Position numbers and translations under genes: made by a program. A DNA stretch of 63,829 nucleotides, counting the filler, from Octopus bimaculoides (Eukaryota), in the NCBI RefSeq assembly GCF_001194135.2. It is 5 parts of 4 records of this genome, joined end to end, with 100 filler letters (N's around TTAATTAATTAA, not from the genome) between each part and the next. Parts side by side here need not be neighbours in the genome. Positions count along the whole stretch, not along the records: positions 1 to 25,925 come from NC_068988.1; 4 more parts are not named here. One strand, given 5' to 3'. Each line of letters opens with the position of its first letter. Position 1 is the first letter of the stretch. The notes beneath the pieces were generated by a model. The model was given only the letters and a program-made list of their open reading frames with translations, did no database searches and was not told where the DNA came from. Shown in pieces: positions 1-12,960 of this stretch.

Positions 1-2557
1 ATATATATATATATATATAATACAAAGAATATATATACATGTATACACACATATATGTACATACTTACATCTACATGTGTATATATATATGCATATCAGG
101 GTACAGGACGTTAGAACAATGAACTACAGACAACGGAACGAACACATAGGAAAACGGAAAGCCACTTGGAATATTCCTTCATCAGCTGCCTCTATTCTAA
201 CCTGACGTTTCGAACATACACATACATCTATGTGTGTGTCTCTGTTTCTCTCCCCACTCCCCACCCACCACTTGACATCTGGTGCTGGGGTGTCTACATC
301 CCTATGACTTGGCGGTACGGCAAATTAAGTACTTGGCTTCAAAAGAAAAAGTCCTAAGGTCGATTTGTTCAATCGACCCTAGGACTTTTTCAGGGTGATG
401 CCCCAGCATGGCTGCAGTCTAATGACTCGAGTTGAAAGATAAAAGATAATATAATAATAGGAAGAAGATCTTGCGAGTGAGGAGTGTTAACTATTTTAAT
501 CAGCCAAGTATATTACTAGTGGTTATCTATTCCGGTGGAATGAAAAATAAAGATCGCTAGATTTGAACACTGATCCCAGTGGGACGAATTAAACTATGTT
601 CAGGGTTTCATTTATATTCTTCCATTCACATTCCGTCTCCTGTCTCAAACTTGGTCAAGTCAAGCGACCTGAAGACTGTGGCTTATATTGATCGAATCTT
701 AAGTAGAATGAAACGCAATAGGCGAAACCCTATGTATTAATATTTACCATACTGCAGTAGTGAACATCAAGCTCAGATACAGTGTTAAGAATTGAAACTG
801 TGCCGTTGAATTCTATTTTGAAAGGGTTCGTGTCTTTCATTTCCCCCCCCTCTTAAATTTTTTTTTTTTTGTGAGCTGACACGCAACTGAACTTATTAAC
901 ATATTTCTCTATCGCGCACACATTCCTCGCACGCGCGCGTATACACACACACATACACGCGAATTTCAGACATAACTCTTTTCATTCACACGCGTTTCAA
1001 CATCTCTCTCACACATATATATGCTCTATGCGTCTCTAATTTCAAACACACACACACACTTCTCTAACTCCTCTATCTTGTATTCATACATTTTAACCCC
1101 TGAAGAAATGTATGCGTGTTGGGGACGTTTCACACATTTCCTTTTACAATCACCATTATCTATATCTCTAGCCTATTTCACCTCTCTTTCTCTGTCTCTC
1201 TCTCTCTCTCTCATCTTTTATAGTCGCCTCGTTATAAGATGTGTATACAAATACAGGGACAAGAGGGGTGGTGAAGGATTTAGACTAACGTAATAAAGCC
1301 AATAATTTAACACTTAGCTATATACTTCAGACCCAAGCAGGCTAGATTAGGGAGAGGGATTGTTCTGTCAATGTCTCTCTTTTTCATTATATCCTCTCTC
1401 TCTATTCTTGTATCTGTCTTTCCCCTCTCTATATCTCTCCTTTTATCTTTGTCTCTGTCTGTCTATCTCAGTCTCTATCTGTCTCTGTTTCTCTCTCTTT
1501 CTATCTCACTGTTTCGTTTCTCCCACCTTTTATCTGTCCAACTACCCATCAACTTGTCTGTCCGTCCGTCTAACATCTCAAACGGTGTTAAGCTCCATTG
1601 ACTACTGCCTAGTTGTTTCGACTCTTTCGGACCCCCCACCATCTCTAAGCTCTCGAGATCAAAGTTGACATCACTAACCTCTTGCTTCAAACATTTGACC
1701 TTTGGTCAAGAATTAATAATCACCAATCTAATTGACCACTGATTACATCGTCAACAACATATACCTCAACCTCTCCCCCTTTAACGCCACCTCAAGTATT
1801 CTCCAACAACATCACGACCACTCCATCAGTAACACCACGCCCACTATTACTAAAAAAAAAACTATCATTATAACCTCCCTCACTATCCCTTATTTTGTTC
1901 CCTTAGTCCTTCTACTTCTCTCACACGTTCTTTTCCCTCTATTATCGGTTGTTCAAAACTCGTGTTCTCCAAATACATTCATTAAAGGCCACAGTTTCTG
2001 TCTGTCTGTCTGTATGTATGTATGTATATGTATATGCGCTCGACTCACTCCTGTGTCTCACTCACTTCACCCCCTCTCTCATTTTTACTCGTTATTTGAC
2101 GACGAAGTAGGTTAGGTCAGATGTTTATATTACTTTCTCAAAGCGCCCTTTCAGAATACCTGAGCATTCATACGTTTTGTAAAACGTTTATGGTACTCGA
2201 TGCGACAATAAACAAGTGTAGAAAGCACGCAGAATAAAGAAATATTTTCTATACCCAGATAATTCTACAAGAGCTGTCTGTAACAACACAGTCGTGAACA
2301 TTATAAAACACAATTATTATGAAGATGGAGTAACATTGATCAGAATGCTACACCGGTTTTCCAAAGTGATCTGAAACTATTGTAGACTCTGAGGGCGGAT
2401 TTATGCAGGAGGAATCTACAGGATTAATATTAACGTCAAATATTTAATACATGAATATTGTGGCCCAGCATGAGAGATCCTGTGTAGCAGATAAATCTCT
2501 CGGATTTTGTTGTCTTAAAAAATTACCGATGTGTTTTATAAAGTCTTAAATTTCTAG

Positions 2558-2610
2558 ATAGAGAGAACGCTGATCAAATATCTCTTGAGGCAGCAATTGA
2601 AACACTATAA
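2558..2610 (+). CDS. Weak candidate terminal exon of an upstream gene ((D)RENADQISLEAAIETL*)
   Basis: tttctag acceptor, short open frame, then about 3 kb of repeat-poor UTR-like sequence. Confidence 0.2.
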
Positions 2611-5600
2611 GTGGCGACCTCGCTTTTTTTCTCTTATTTTTTACCGGTCTTAAATCTTCTCTGGGCAAGAAGAGTTCACAGCGTTCGAAAGCAGTGACAA
2701 TTTTCGTGCCCACACTGTAACTGTTTGATTGCAAGAAATTTTTTCACCTCCTACTCGCTACGCATCTGAAATGGAAACTGCAAGATATAAGCAATGTTGA
2801 ATATCCGACTGAACGGTAGCAATTTCTATTCTCAGCTGAAGCTGCTATTTTCACTTTACAAAAATTGGTAAATCTCTTTCTGGAGGAAAACTAGTATCGC
2901 AGCTACAGTTCTTGTAGCCCTGTTCCTGCGCTACTAGAACACTTAGATATTCTTTTGATAAAAGGCAACTCGAAAGCCGTTGCAGTGCTTTCTTTTGAGA
3001 TATAATATCGAAAGCAGGTTATCTAGACTGTGACGTCTCGTGTTTAACAGAAAAGAAGCAGATCACCTGCATTTAACAAATTGATCTTGAATGATTGCTT
3101 CATTTAACGTTTTCCCATTCTTTGTATTTTGTGTGTACTAAGAACTCTTTCTTTCTCTCTCTCTCTGCAGCTGATTGAATAATTTTAGGAAATCTTTTTT
3201 GAATCTATTTAGAGCTCATATTGTACGAGATTAAAAAGCCATTGTCTTCGTATATAATCTCTTCGCAATGAAACGTATCTCTTAGGCAGCAGCTAAATTA
3301 CAGTCAACACTAACTGCAGTTAATTCAGGATATTTACCTTAAATTATTATACTAATAAATGTTACTTTTGCCAGAAACCCAACGAAAGATTATTTTGTAT
3401 AAATAAGACTTCAAATCACTCACTATTCTATGAAATTTACTTCTTATTAATAAATGCATAGTTTAATTACCTTCATATGAAGCCATGTTCATTGATGCTT
3501 ATCATTATTAAAAAAAAAAGACTCTTTTTAATTGTAACTTTGCAGTTGAATTATACATTTTTATATATCTCTCGAAGCATAAAAATAGACCAAGAAATAT
3601 TATATGGTATAATCTAGTTTTGTTTTAAAGCAAGAACATACTTTGCCAGAGATACTTTAAATTTACTTCCTTCATTTTTGATAAATCATAGGTATAAAAA
3701 ATTGAGCAGAAATTCGATAAAGTTAAGCTATTATTGTTGTAGGAATTAGTTTTCCTACTTTCTGTAATTATAATTTCATAAATAATTGTCTCTTGACGGT
3801 AATTGTTTTTCGAAGCTTTAATTTATTGTGCTAAGGTTCACCCAGATAATAACAGTACAATGCAAACTTAAAATGAATTGACTGAAAACTGCATTAAAGT
3901 TTACTTTTATCAACATATTCATATATTGGAAAACCAAGGAAGGTGGCCGTTGGTATTTCAGTTTGAGTGTTTACTAAATGACTACCGATATTTCTTTTGT
4001 AATTTGTAGCCGTCTTTCAAAGGTATGGCAAATCTATTATGTGGGAAATAAACTATTTTAACCAGTTGGTATTTGAAACTTTTTCAAAAAACACCAATGG
4101 AAGTGTCTGCAAGAATTCACCATTCGATGTTTATTGAAGAATCTACAAATACCAAATGACGAAAATAGTTTATTTCTAGATGGATTTGTCGTACCCTAAA
4201 AAATGGTCACGGACAAAAAAGAAAAGTTATACTTCGACGCACAGACTTCATTAGGAATAGCTACCTTCCTTCTTTGTATGTATTTGTCTCTGTATATATG
4301 TGTATGTATATATGNNNNNNNNNNNNNNNNNNNNNNNNNNNNNNNNNNNNNNNNNNNNNNNNNNNNNNNNNNNNNNNNNNNNNNNNNNNNNNNNNNNNNN
4401 NNNNNNNNNNNNNNTATATATATATATATATATATACATATAAATGCATAAGATTATCACTATATCACGTGTTTCATGTATGATAACTAAATAAACGAAT
4501 GTCGTGTTTCTTTTTTTTTTTTTTAACTAATCAACTTTCCTTTATTGTCTAATCATGTTTTGCCTTTTTGAGAATGCTATTTCTTTCACATTGTTACAAT
4601 GCCTTACTCAAATGTTTGAATAAACGGCAACGTGAAACCTGGAGTATTCATAAAGTATTCAAAAAGCTTCAGCTTTTAATTAACAAAAAATTATAAAAAG
4701 CTTAATGTATCGCATATTTTTCTCATTTAACCAATGTTCGCTAACCCATGTGTATCGATATGTGTGATTGCGTGCATCTAATTGCATTTATGTATACGTG
4801 TGTGCATGTGAACTTTACACAGTTGTGTGGTGAAAGACTTTGATAAAACAATCAATAATTAATTAATTAACGATAGAGAGGTGAACTCCGACCAGTGCAT
4901 GTGTGTTTACAATGCTTCTTGTCCGTAAACATTCACGAGTTTAAATGATATTATTACATTCCACCATAGTGTTTTACTGCTGTTCAGACGATATATCAAA
5001 ACTAAGTGGTTGTTTTTACTGTTGTTCGGGTTGTTATCATTTCAAACAATAATCTTGCCATGCCATCGTCACAGATGACTCTACTGCAAACTTTTAATAA
5101 TCATTGGCTTTGACCTAGATTTCAAAATATTTTCAGTGTCACTGACTCACTGTGTCATACCAGTCCTTATAACAAATATTTGTTTCTGTGTATATTTAAA
5201 TGAATATTAATGTGGCGCTCTCTCTTTCTCTACGTATATATTATATATGAATATTTCATTCTCGCTATAGCTATGTATTTCGTCTGTCTATTTGTTAATT
5301 CTTCTTCCCTTTTCATATTTCTAGGGTTTATTTTTTTCCCTCCTTAACATCGAGTTACTTTCCACTTTACCCTCTGTGTGTGTGTGTGTATTGCCAGGTA
5401 CGATTTTTTTTTAAATCTCTTATTTTTTCGTTTTGACTTGTTGAACTCGACAATGTGCCATAGCTTGTTCAATAAGTGTATATATCTGTTGTGTGTATTC
5501 AAGTCTGTGTTTCTACTTCAGAAACGTATATGTGCATGTGGGTGCGCTTGTGTGTGTGTGTTCTGTTTTATAAAGTGGGTTAGTATTTTTCTTTTGTTAC

Positions 5601-7658
5601 CTGTATGTGTCTATGTGACATCGCAATGTAGACAGGTGTGCGTCTGTGTGTGACTTTAAAGAGCATAAAAGTGTTTATTCTTAATGCAGGTGTGAACGTG
5701 TGTAAAAGGAACGGTAGAAAAGTCCTTACTTTATTTTCATTGTAAATATCAAATTTGTGTATAAAACTCGTTTCTGCTTCCTATTTTGTTTTCGTTCTTG
5801 CTTGCATTTTGACAATTTCCTTTAATTTTTATTTTACATTTAATTTTTTTTTTTAATATATTTCAATTTTCCTAATGGAGGATGGTGCCAGAGGTAGACA
5901 TATGCAATAATGGCTCTTTTATGTTGTACGTGTTTCAGTCATTGGACTGCGGCCATGCTGGGGCACCATCTTGAATGGCTTAGTCGAACAAATTGACCTC
6001 TTATGGAAAGACTTCCTCCTCCACCCATTGCCTCGCAAATTATTGTTTTTTTTTTTGTGACCCGCAGTTGGACAAGTATTCCACCTGGAAGTCCAATGTA
6101 TATTTATCCACTATCTTTATCTTCCAAAATTTCCATCCTTTCTCCCTTCTTCTTTGAGTGTACATATGTATTGNNNNNNNNNNNNNNNNNNNNNNNNNNN
6201 NNNNNNNNNNNNNNNNNNNNNNNNNNNNNNNNNNNNNNNNNNNNNNNNNNNNNNNNNNNNNNNNNNNNNNNNNNNNNNNNNNNNNNNNNNNNNNNNNNNN
6301 NNNNNNNNNNNNNNNNNNNNNNNNNNNNNNNNNNNNNNNNNNNNNNNNNNNNNNNNNNNNNNNNNNNNNNNNNNNNNNNNNNNNNNNNNNNNNNNNNNNN
6401 NNNNNNNNNNNNNNNNNNNNNNNNNNNNNNNNNNNNNNNNNNNNNNNNNNNNNNNNNNNNNNNNNNNNNNNNNNNNNNNNNNNNNNNNNNNNNNNNNNNN
6501 NNNNNNNNNNNNNNNNNNNNNNNNNNNNNNNNNNNNNNNNNNNNNNNNNNNNNNNNNNNNNNNNNNNNNNNNNNNNNNNNNNNNNNNNNNNNNNNNNNNN
6601 NNNNNNNNNNNNNNNNNNNNNNNNNNNNNNNNNNNNNNNNNNNNNNNNNNNNNNNNNNNNNNNNNNNNNNNNNNNNNNNNNNNNNNNNNNNNNNNNNNNN
6701 NNNNNNNNNNNNNNNNNNNNNNNNNNNNNNNNNNNNNNNNNNNNNNNNNNNNNNNNNNNNNNNNNNNNNNNNNNNNNNNNNNNNNNNNNNNNNNNNNNNN
6801 NNNNNNNNNNNNNNNNNNNNNNNNNNNNNNNNNNNNNNNNNNNNNNNNNNNNNNNNNNNNNNNNNNNNNNNNNNNNNNNNNNNNNNNNNNNNNNNNNNNN
6901 NNNNNNNNNNNNNNNNNNNNNNNNNNNNTTTTTTTTTTTTTTTTTTTTGTGACCCGCAGTTGGACAAGTATTCCACCTGGAAGTCCAATGTATATTTATC
7001 CACTATCTTTATCTTCCAAAATTTCCATCCTTTCTCCCTTCTTCTTTGAGTGTACATATGTATTGGCGGTGAGTGGTGGGGTATATATGCTTGACTGCAT
7101 GGACTGCAAGACCACCCTGCCTGGTAAATTTGCACCAACAAAGGTGTCACTTCCTACGAACAGAACAGGATTGCCAGGGCACAAAGAAAACACGAATTGT
7201 GCAAGTCTTCAGACAACTCCTTGACTTAAGTCCCATCGGTCCACCAGTGCCCAACCTGGAGCAGAGCCTTCTGAGTGTGCATCACACTGATTGGACACAC
7301 TGTGACCTGTCTTCTTATTCCATGTAATGTCTTTGGTCATCGTCAACAATGACAGACGAATTAATAAATCCTTGTTTATGTGTATATATGTTGGTGCATA
7401 ACTGTATGTCTGTGTGTATGTGTTAGTATATGCATATAAATATATATTCTCTGAGTGGTTAGCGTTAGGAAGGGCATCCAGCTGTAGAAACTCTGCCTAA
7501 TCAGAGTGGAAGCTGGTGTTGCCATCCGGTTTCACCAGTCCTCAGTCAAATCGTCCAACCCATGCTTGCATGGAAAGCGGACGTTAAACGATGATGATAA
7601 TGATGATATATATATACATATGTGTATATATCCTTACGAAGGCATATGTATGCATATG

Positions 7659-7693
<35 letters not shown>

Positions 7694-8061
7694 GCTTACA
7701 AATGCATATATGCATGTGTATATCTGTATGTATAGGTGTGTGTATATATGTATGTATGCATATGTTTATGTATGTATACATGTATGATGTATATACATGT
7801 GTGTTTGTGTGTGTGTATATATAATATTGTGCGTGTGTATGCATGCATGTGTACATAATCCTAACTAGCTGATGTTTAATACATACTTTCTTAAAGCTTC
7901 AGTGTTCTATTCTAGAACACTCAGTTTCTGTTTTTCCCAACTCCTTAATTGCTCTTTATACTACACTTAGCATTATTTATATTCCTTACATGTTCTCTAT
8001 ATCCATCTAGCCAAAAGTAATAAGAACACAAGAGAAAAAATCCAAAAAAATACCAATACAC

Positions 8062-8099
<38 letters not shown>

Positions 8100-8748
8100 A
8101 TGTAGAACACTTGAGTCTTCTTAATTGTCCCTTATTTTACACTAGAATCTGAATCGGAAAAATTTCTAAAGGATTCTGAAGAGATTTCTAAAAGATTTGT
8201 CAGAAAGTAGGACATTTTATTTATTTTTAGAATTTGGTTATGTCGTTTTTGTTTTTTAGGAATCTCTTCTACAACTTTTCTTTTTATTCGTTCCTTCTTT
8301 TTTATTTATTCGCTTTTATTTTCTTCAGGGTTTTTACATAAATATAATCCATGGAATTTTGTCGATGCTGTTATTCGCTTCTTTCATAAGTTTAGAATAT
8401 ATATAATAAAAGAAAAAAAAAAATTCATTTTCTTTCATAGACATAAGCATGACTGTGGTTAAGAAGCTTGCTTTGTAACTACATGGTTTTGAGTTCAGTC
8501 CCACTGTGCAGCTTTTTGTTGTTACTGTTACGGTTGTAAGCTGGCAAAATCGTTAGCGGGCCAGTTAATAATGCTTAGCAGCATTTCATATTCTGCCAAG
8601 GTTGTATTTTCCTTTCAACCTCTTGTGATCTATAAAATAAGTACTAGGTGAGAACTAGGAGCAATGAAATTGACTAAGCCATCCTTTCAAAATTGCTGAT
8701 GTTATGGAAAAATTCGAAGCTATTATTATTAGTGTTGTGGATTAGCAC

Positions 8749-9001
8749 CAGGGCTGTGGAGTCAAAACAACAAACTTCAACTCTGACTCCTAATATTGGT
8801 ACCTCCAACACCTTTTTATGTAATTAAATGATTGTGGTCTACATATCTCATAAAGCATATGCATACACTTGTACTGTGAGTAGGCCTATATGTTATAACT
8901 GGTTTATATTAAAGAATAAAGATATTGTAAGCCGGAGTCAGTATAGTTTTACCATCTCTAATTCCAGCTACCCGTTAATTGTTTCCAACTCCACAGCCCT
9001 G
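8749..9001. mobile_element. hAT-type MITE, copy 1
   Basis: TIRs CAGGGCTGTGGAGT/ACTCCACAGCCCTG; 8-bp flanks attagcac/attggcac. Confidence 0.85.
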
Positions 9002-10460
9002 ATTGGCACATCTGTTTAAACATCAAATACAAACCGTGCAATATTTTTTCTGGATCTTTCTGATCTGAGTTCAAATTTTTGCCAAGGTTAACGACAACCA
9101 CTGGCCTGATACTTGAAGCTTTCTAGGTGAAGAGAGATTAAGTAGTAAACTTCTGAAATAGTACCAGCTACGGGAGTCAAATTGCTTCAGATTTGGCTGT
9201 GGAATTACACCTAGAAATTGATTTCTAGCAGAGTCCAATTACACCTCTGAACTACATCATTTAAACCCTAAATAGAAGAGTAAAACAGCAAAAAATATAC
9301 ACATGATTCATACAGCTAAATTAATAACAAGAGATCGTTTACACTGTTAAATAGAAACTAAAATATGTAATTTATGACATTAAAATTATATTCTCTAAAT
9401 GTTTTGAAAAATTAAATAAAATATACTCTGTAATTTTTCAAAACCTTATTTTCAATTATTTTACATTTAAATTTTTTAATTTATTTTTTCTAGTTCCCTT
9501 TTTGATTTTTCTTATGTTGGATCAATAGCATGAACTTATTGTTGTTTTTGTTATTCTTGCAATAAGATTCTTGAGGATTTTACATGATAATTGACAAAAG
9601 AATTCATTCTTCCTTCTACTTCCTCTTTCTCTTAGATTCTTTCCAGTGAAATATTTCTCTAGCACTTTCCTCAAACATTGCATCCTTCTTTTAAATGTTC
9701 TCTCTTTTCTCACTTGCATGCACTCCCCCACCTCTCTCACCCCTCATCCTCTCTCTCCCCATCTCCTCAATCTTCCCCTTTATCATACATACACACTCTC
9801 TCTTTCCCTCTTTCTATTTCTCTCTCCATCTATCTGTTTCTCTTTTTCATTTTTGTCTAGTGTATGAAAATGTGTGTGTGGGTGTGTGTACATGTATATG
9901 AGTTAGTGTCTGTGTTGTGATATGTTCTATTCAGTATATGTTATAGAAAAGAATGAGAGCACGAGAGTGAGAAATGAAATATTTGTGTGGTGGTGTGTCT
10001 GTCACTTTAATTGCATGCTCGGATGGTTCTCTTTTTGACTCCAAGTGATTATTTCTACCAGTTTATCACTGCTAGATTAAAGATTCTTATTTTGTCTAAT
10101 GTTTCATAAGAGTATAATGGTTAGGTACATGGTGGAGTGATTTGCAGACGTGTGTATCTATGTTTGTATGTATATATATGAATGTGTGATAATATATTTC
10201 AGTGCATTTCTGTGTGAGTATGTCTCTGCACTCATACTATCCCATTTAAATTTGGTTCTGTGATATAGTTGCCCTCAATTAAAATATCTAGGTTCCTCTG
10301 TATTAAAAAAAGCATACTCTCTGCTAAATTATATTTCCTCTAATACTCTCTCCTATTAAAATATATTTTCTCTGAATTATAATTGTCATAATAATATTTT
10401 TTATAGAATATTAATTTTAGCTTCTTCAAACATCTTATTTTATCTTAATCATAATAATGA

Positions 10461-10543
10461 GTAGACTTTGCACCTATAGACACAATATTTGGTAGACTTT
10501 GCACCTATAGACACAATATTTGGTAGACTTTGCACCTATAGAC
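10461..10543. repeat. 31-bp tandem repeat, about 2.7 copies
   Basis: Unit gtagactttgcacctatagacacaatatttg. Confidence 0.9.
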
Positions 10544-11000
10544 AATGTTTGATTGGGTATATTCTGAAAATAGATATTTTGGGGGGGATAAAGTTGTACC
10601 TATACTACAGAATGTATCGCTGAGAAGACCTTGTACCTAAACTACAGAAGCATTAAGACCCTGTGCTTATGAGATACAGTAGTGTTGAAATCTTGTGCTT
10701 ATATTACACTAGCATTGTGAAGACCATATACCTATATTAGATACAGTATTGTTGATTACAAATTGACAGTGTCGTTAGAGTATAGAATAGAATGGCTTGT
10801 GATGTTTGTTTCAATTCCTACAAAAGTCTTTTTCATATTTCATCCTGTTATGATAAAGTGGCAACCCAGAACAGTGGATTTGTAGAATCAGTGCATTGAA
10901 TGGGACACCTTGTTTTCTCTGTTCTAGTCTTTACATTTTCATGTCAACATGTTCCATGCTGTATTAGACTTGCTCCTCTTTTAGACAATATTGGTGTTGT

Positions 11001-11515
11001 GGCGAGCTGGCAGAAACGTTAGCATGCTGGGTGAAATGCTTAACGGTATTTCAGCTGTCTTTATGTTCTGAGTTCAATTTTCGCCGAGGTTGACTTTGCC
11101 TTTCACCCTTTTCGTGTTGATAAATTAAGTACCAGTTCTATATTTAAGAGATGAGTAATTATGTACATTATTTACATTTGACGGATATTTGTCTTCATCT
11201 TGTTTGTTGTGGTTAAGAGTGCAGACTACTAACCCCAAGATTCTGAGTTCAATTCCAGGCAGTGACTTGAATAATAATAGTAATAATATTGAAAAATATC
11301 TTAGGAATGAGAACCCAAGTTCGAAATTTCCCCAAGACACCTGATGAAGGCTGGAGGGTATATCAGCCGAAATGTGTTAACAACAAACAAGATGACAAAT
11401 ATCCATCAAATGTAAATAGTGTAAATAAATTAAGTACCAGTTGCTTACTGGGTCGATCTAATCAACTGGACCCCTCCCCAAAAATTTTGGGCCTTGTGCC
11501 TAGAGGAGAAAAGAA
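11001..11515 (+). mobile_element. tRNA-derived SINE interrupted by a 287-bp insertion
   Basis: ggcgagctggcagaaacgttagc...gttctgagttcaa...gttgactttgcctttca head; tail resumes after 11442. Further copies near 19100, 28650, 31850, 39030, 44800, 49030, 58080 and 63730. Confidence 0.85.
11138..11424 (+). mobile_element. Composite insertion: tRNA-like head plus Penelope-like tail, internal inverted repeat
   Basis: 18-bp direct repeat ataaattaagtaccagtt at 11120-11137 and 11425-11442; roughly 45-bp inverted repeat at 11164-11210 and 11380-11423. Confidence 0.7.
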
Positions 11516-12129
11516 TATTGGTGTTGTGATAGGAAAGTGACATGCATGCAAGGACAACTGTTAGTCTTCTACAAAACAGCTTGTCTTGACATGCAGATCC
11601 ATGTCACAAGACATACATAGACCCCAGAATTGTTGAATAGATTCTATTCTTATAGAAACCATCATCATTGTGATTAACCCCATCATGAGTTATGAGTGTT
11701 AAATAGACTTTGTGTCTATAGATAGAATAGTTCTGAGTAGACCTGGCACTTATATCAGAAATCATATTGTGTGGACCTTATGCTTTAACTAGCACCATAT
11801 TGTTATGCTGACCTTGTACCTAAAAGATACCACAGTGAGTAGACTTTGTACTTGTATTAGATCATACTATTGTATAGACTTTGTTCCTGTATTGGTGCAT
11901 ACTGTTAAGTTGAGCCTTTTTCAGCTCAATGTGGTTATGTTTGACTGGTTTCATCCCTTCTGTGCCATTTCTGTTATCTTGGCTGTTATATTAGTTGTAT
12001 TATTATTACTGATAGTTATAACTACTCTAAGGAATTCTTTTTGTGCGTATGGACACAAGGCCACAAAGTTACTGAATCGGTTAACTTAATTCTAAGTGTA
12101 TTATGGGTATTTCATTAACGCTTGACTGA

Positions 12130-12960
12130 TGGAAGGTAAAGTCAATTCTGGATTGAATTGGAATCAAAAGTTCATGAATAAATGTTGAGGCATTTTGTCC
12201 AATACCTTACCAATTCTGGCATCCAACACACAACAGCAGCAATAATAGCAATTTTAATAATAATCCTTTCCACTTTAGGCATAAAGTCCAAAATTTTAGT
12301 GGGTAGGAATGCTAGTTGACATTGGTCCCAGTGCATAACTGGTACTTATTTCATCGACCTTGAAAGGATGAAAGGCAAAGTCAACCTCAGCAGAATTTTA
12401 ACTCAGAACAACAACAACAACAACAATAATAATAATAATAATCTTTTCTACTCTAGGCGGAAGGCCCGAAATTTTGGGGGAGTGGGGAGGCAGTCAATTA
12501 GATTGACCCCAGTATACAACTGGCACTTAATTTTAGGTTCAAAATTTTGGTGGGGAGGGGTGCTAGTTGATTACATTGACTCTAGTGCTCAGCTTATTTC
12601 ATCGATTCTGAAAGGATGAAAGGCAAAGTTAACCTTGGTGGAATTTGATCTTAGAACATGAAGATGGAATAAGAACTGCTTAGTATTTTCTTTGATGTGG
12701 TAACAACTCTGCTAGCTCACTGCCTTAATAATAATAAATTAATAATAATCATCCTTTCTGTTATAGGCACAAGGGCTGGATTTTGTGGGGTGGGGACAGT
12801 CATTCACATCAACCCAGTACTCAACTGGTACTTAATTTATCAACCCTGAAATGATGAAAGGCAAAGTTGACCTCAGCAGAATTTGAACTCGGAACGTAGT
12901 AGCAGACGAAATACTGCTAAGCATTTCGCCTAGCATGCTAATGGATCTGCCAGCCTGCCT
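12130..12960 (-). mobile_element. Cluster of about 4 head-to-tail SINE copies of the 11001 family
   Basis: Repeated gaaaggatgaaaggcaaagtc(a/g)acct...gaatttgaactc units separated by (AAT/AAC)n. Confidence 0.8.

Noticed and set aside
98-215. Penelope-like tail motifs (ctgatgaagg, cgaaacgtc) on the minus strand
   Set aside because: Motif order differs from the usual arrangement and the fragment is short; not enough to call.
6050-7063. About 120-bp direct duplication either side of the gap (similar cases at 20891-20978 and 63340-63435)
   Set aside because: Identical sequence flanking an N gap is most simply an unmerged contig overlap, not an LTR or a true duplication.
6003-7224. Long ORFs spanning N gaps (also about 21.7-22.7k, 52.4-53.2k, 54.9-55.9k, 57.0-57.5k, 60.8-61.6k)
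   Set aside because: Open only because NNN is translated as X; the flanks are microsatellite or repeat DNA.
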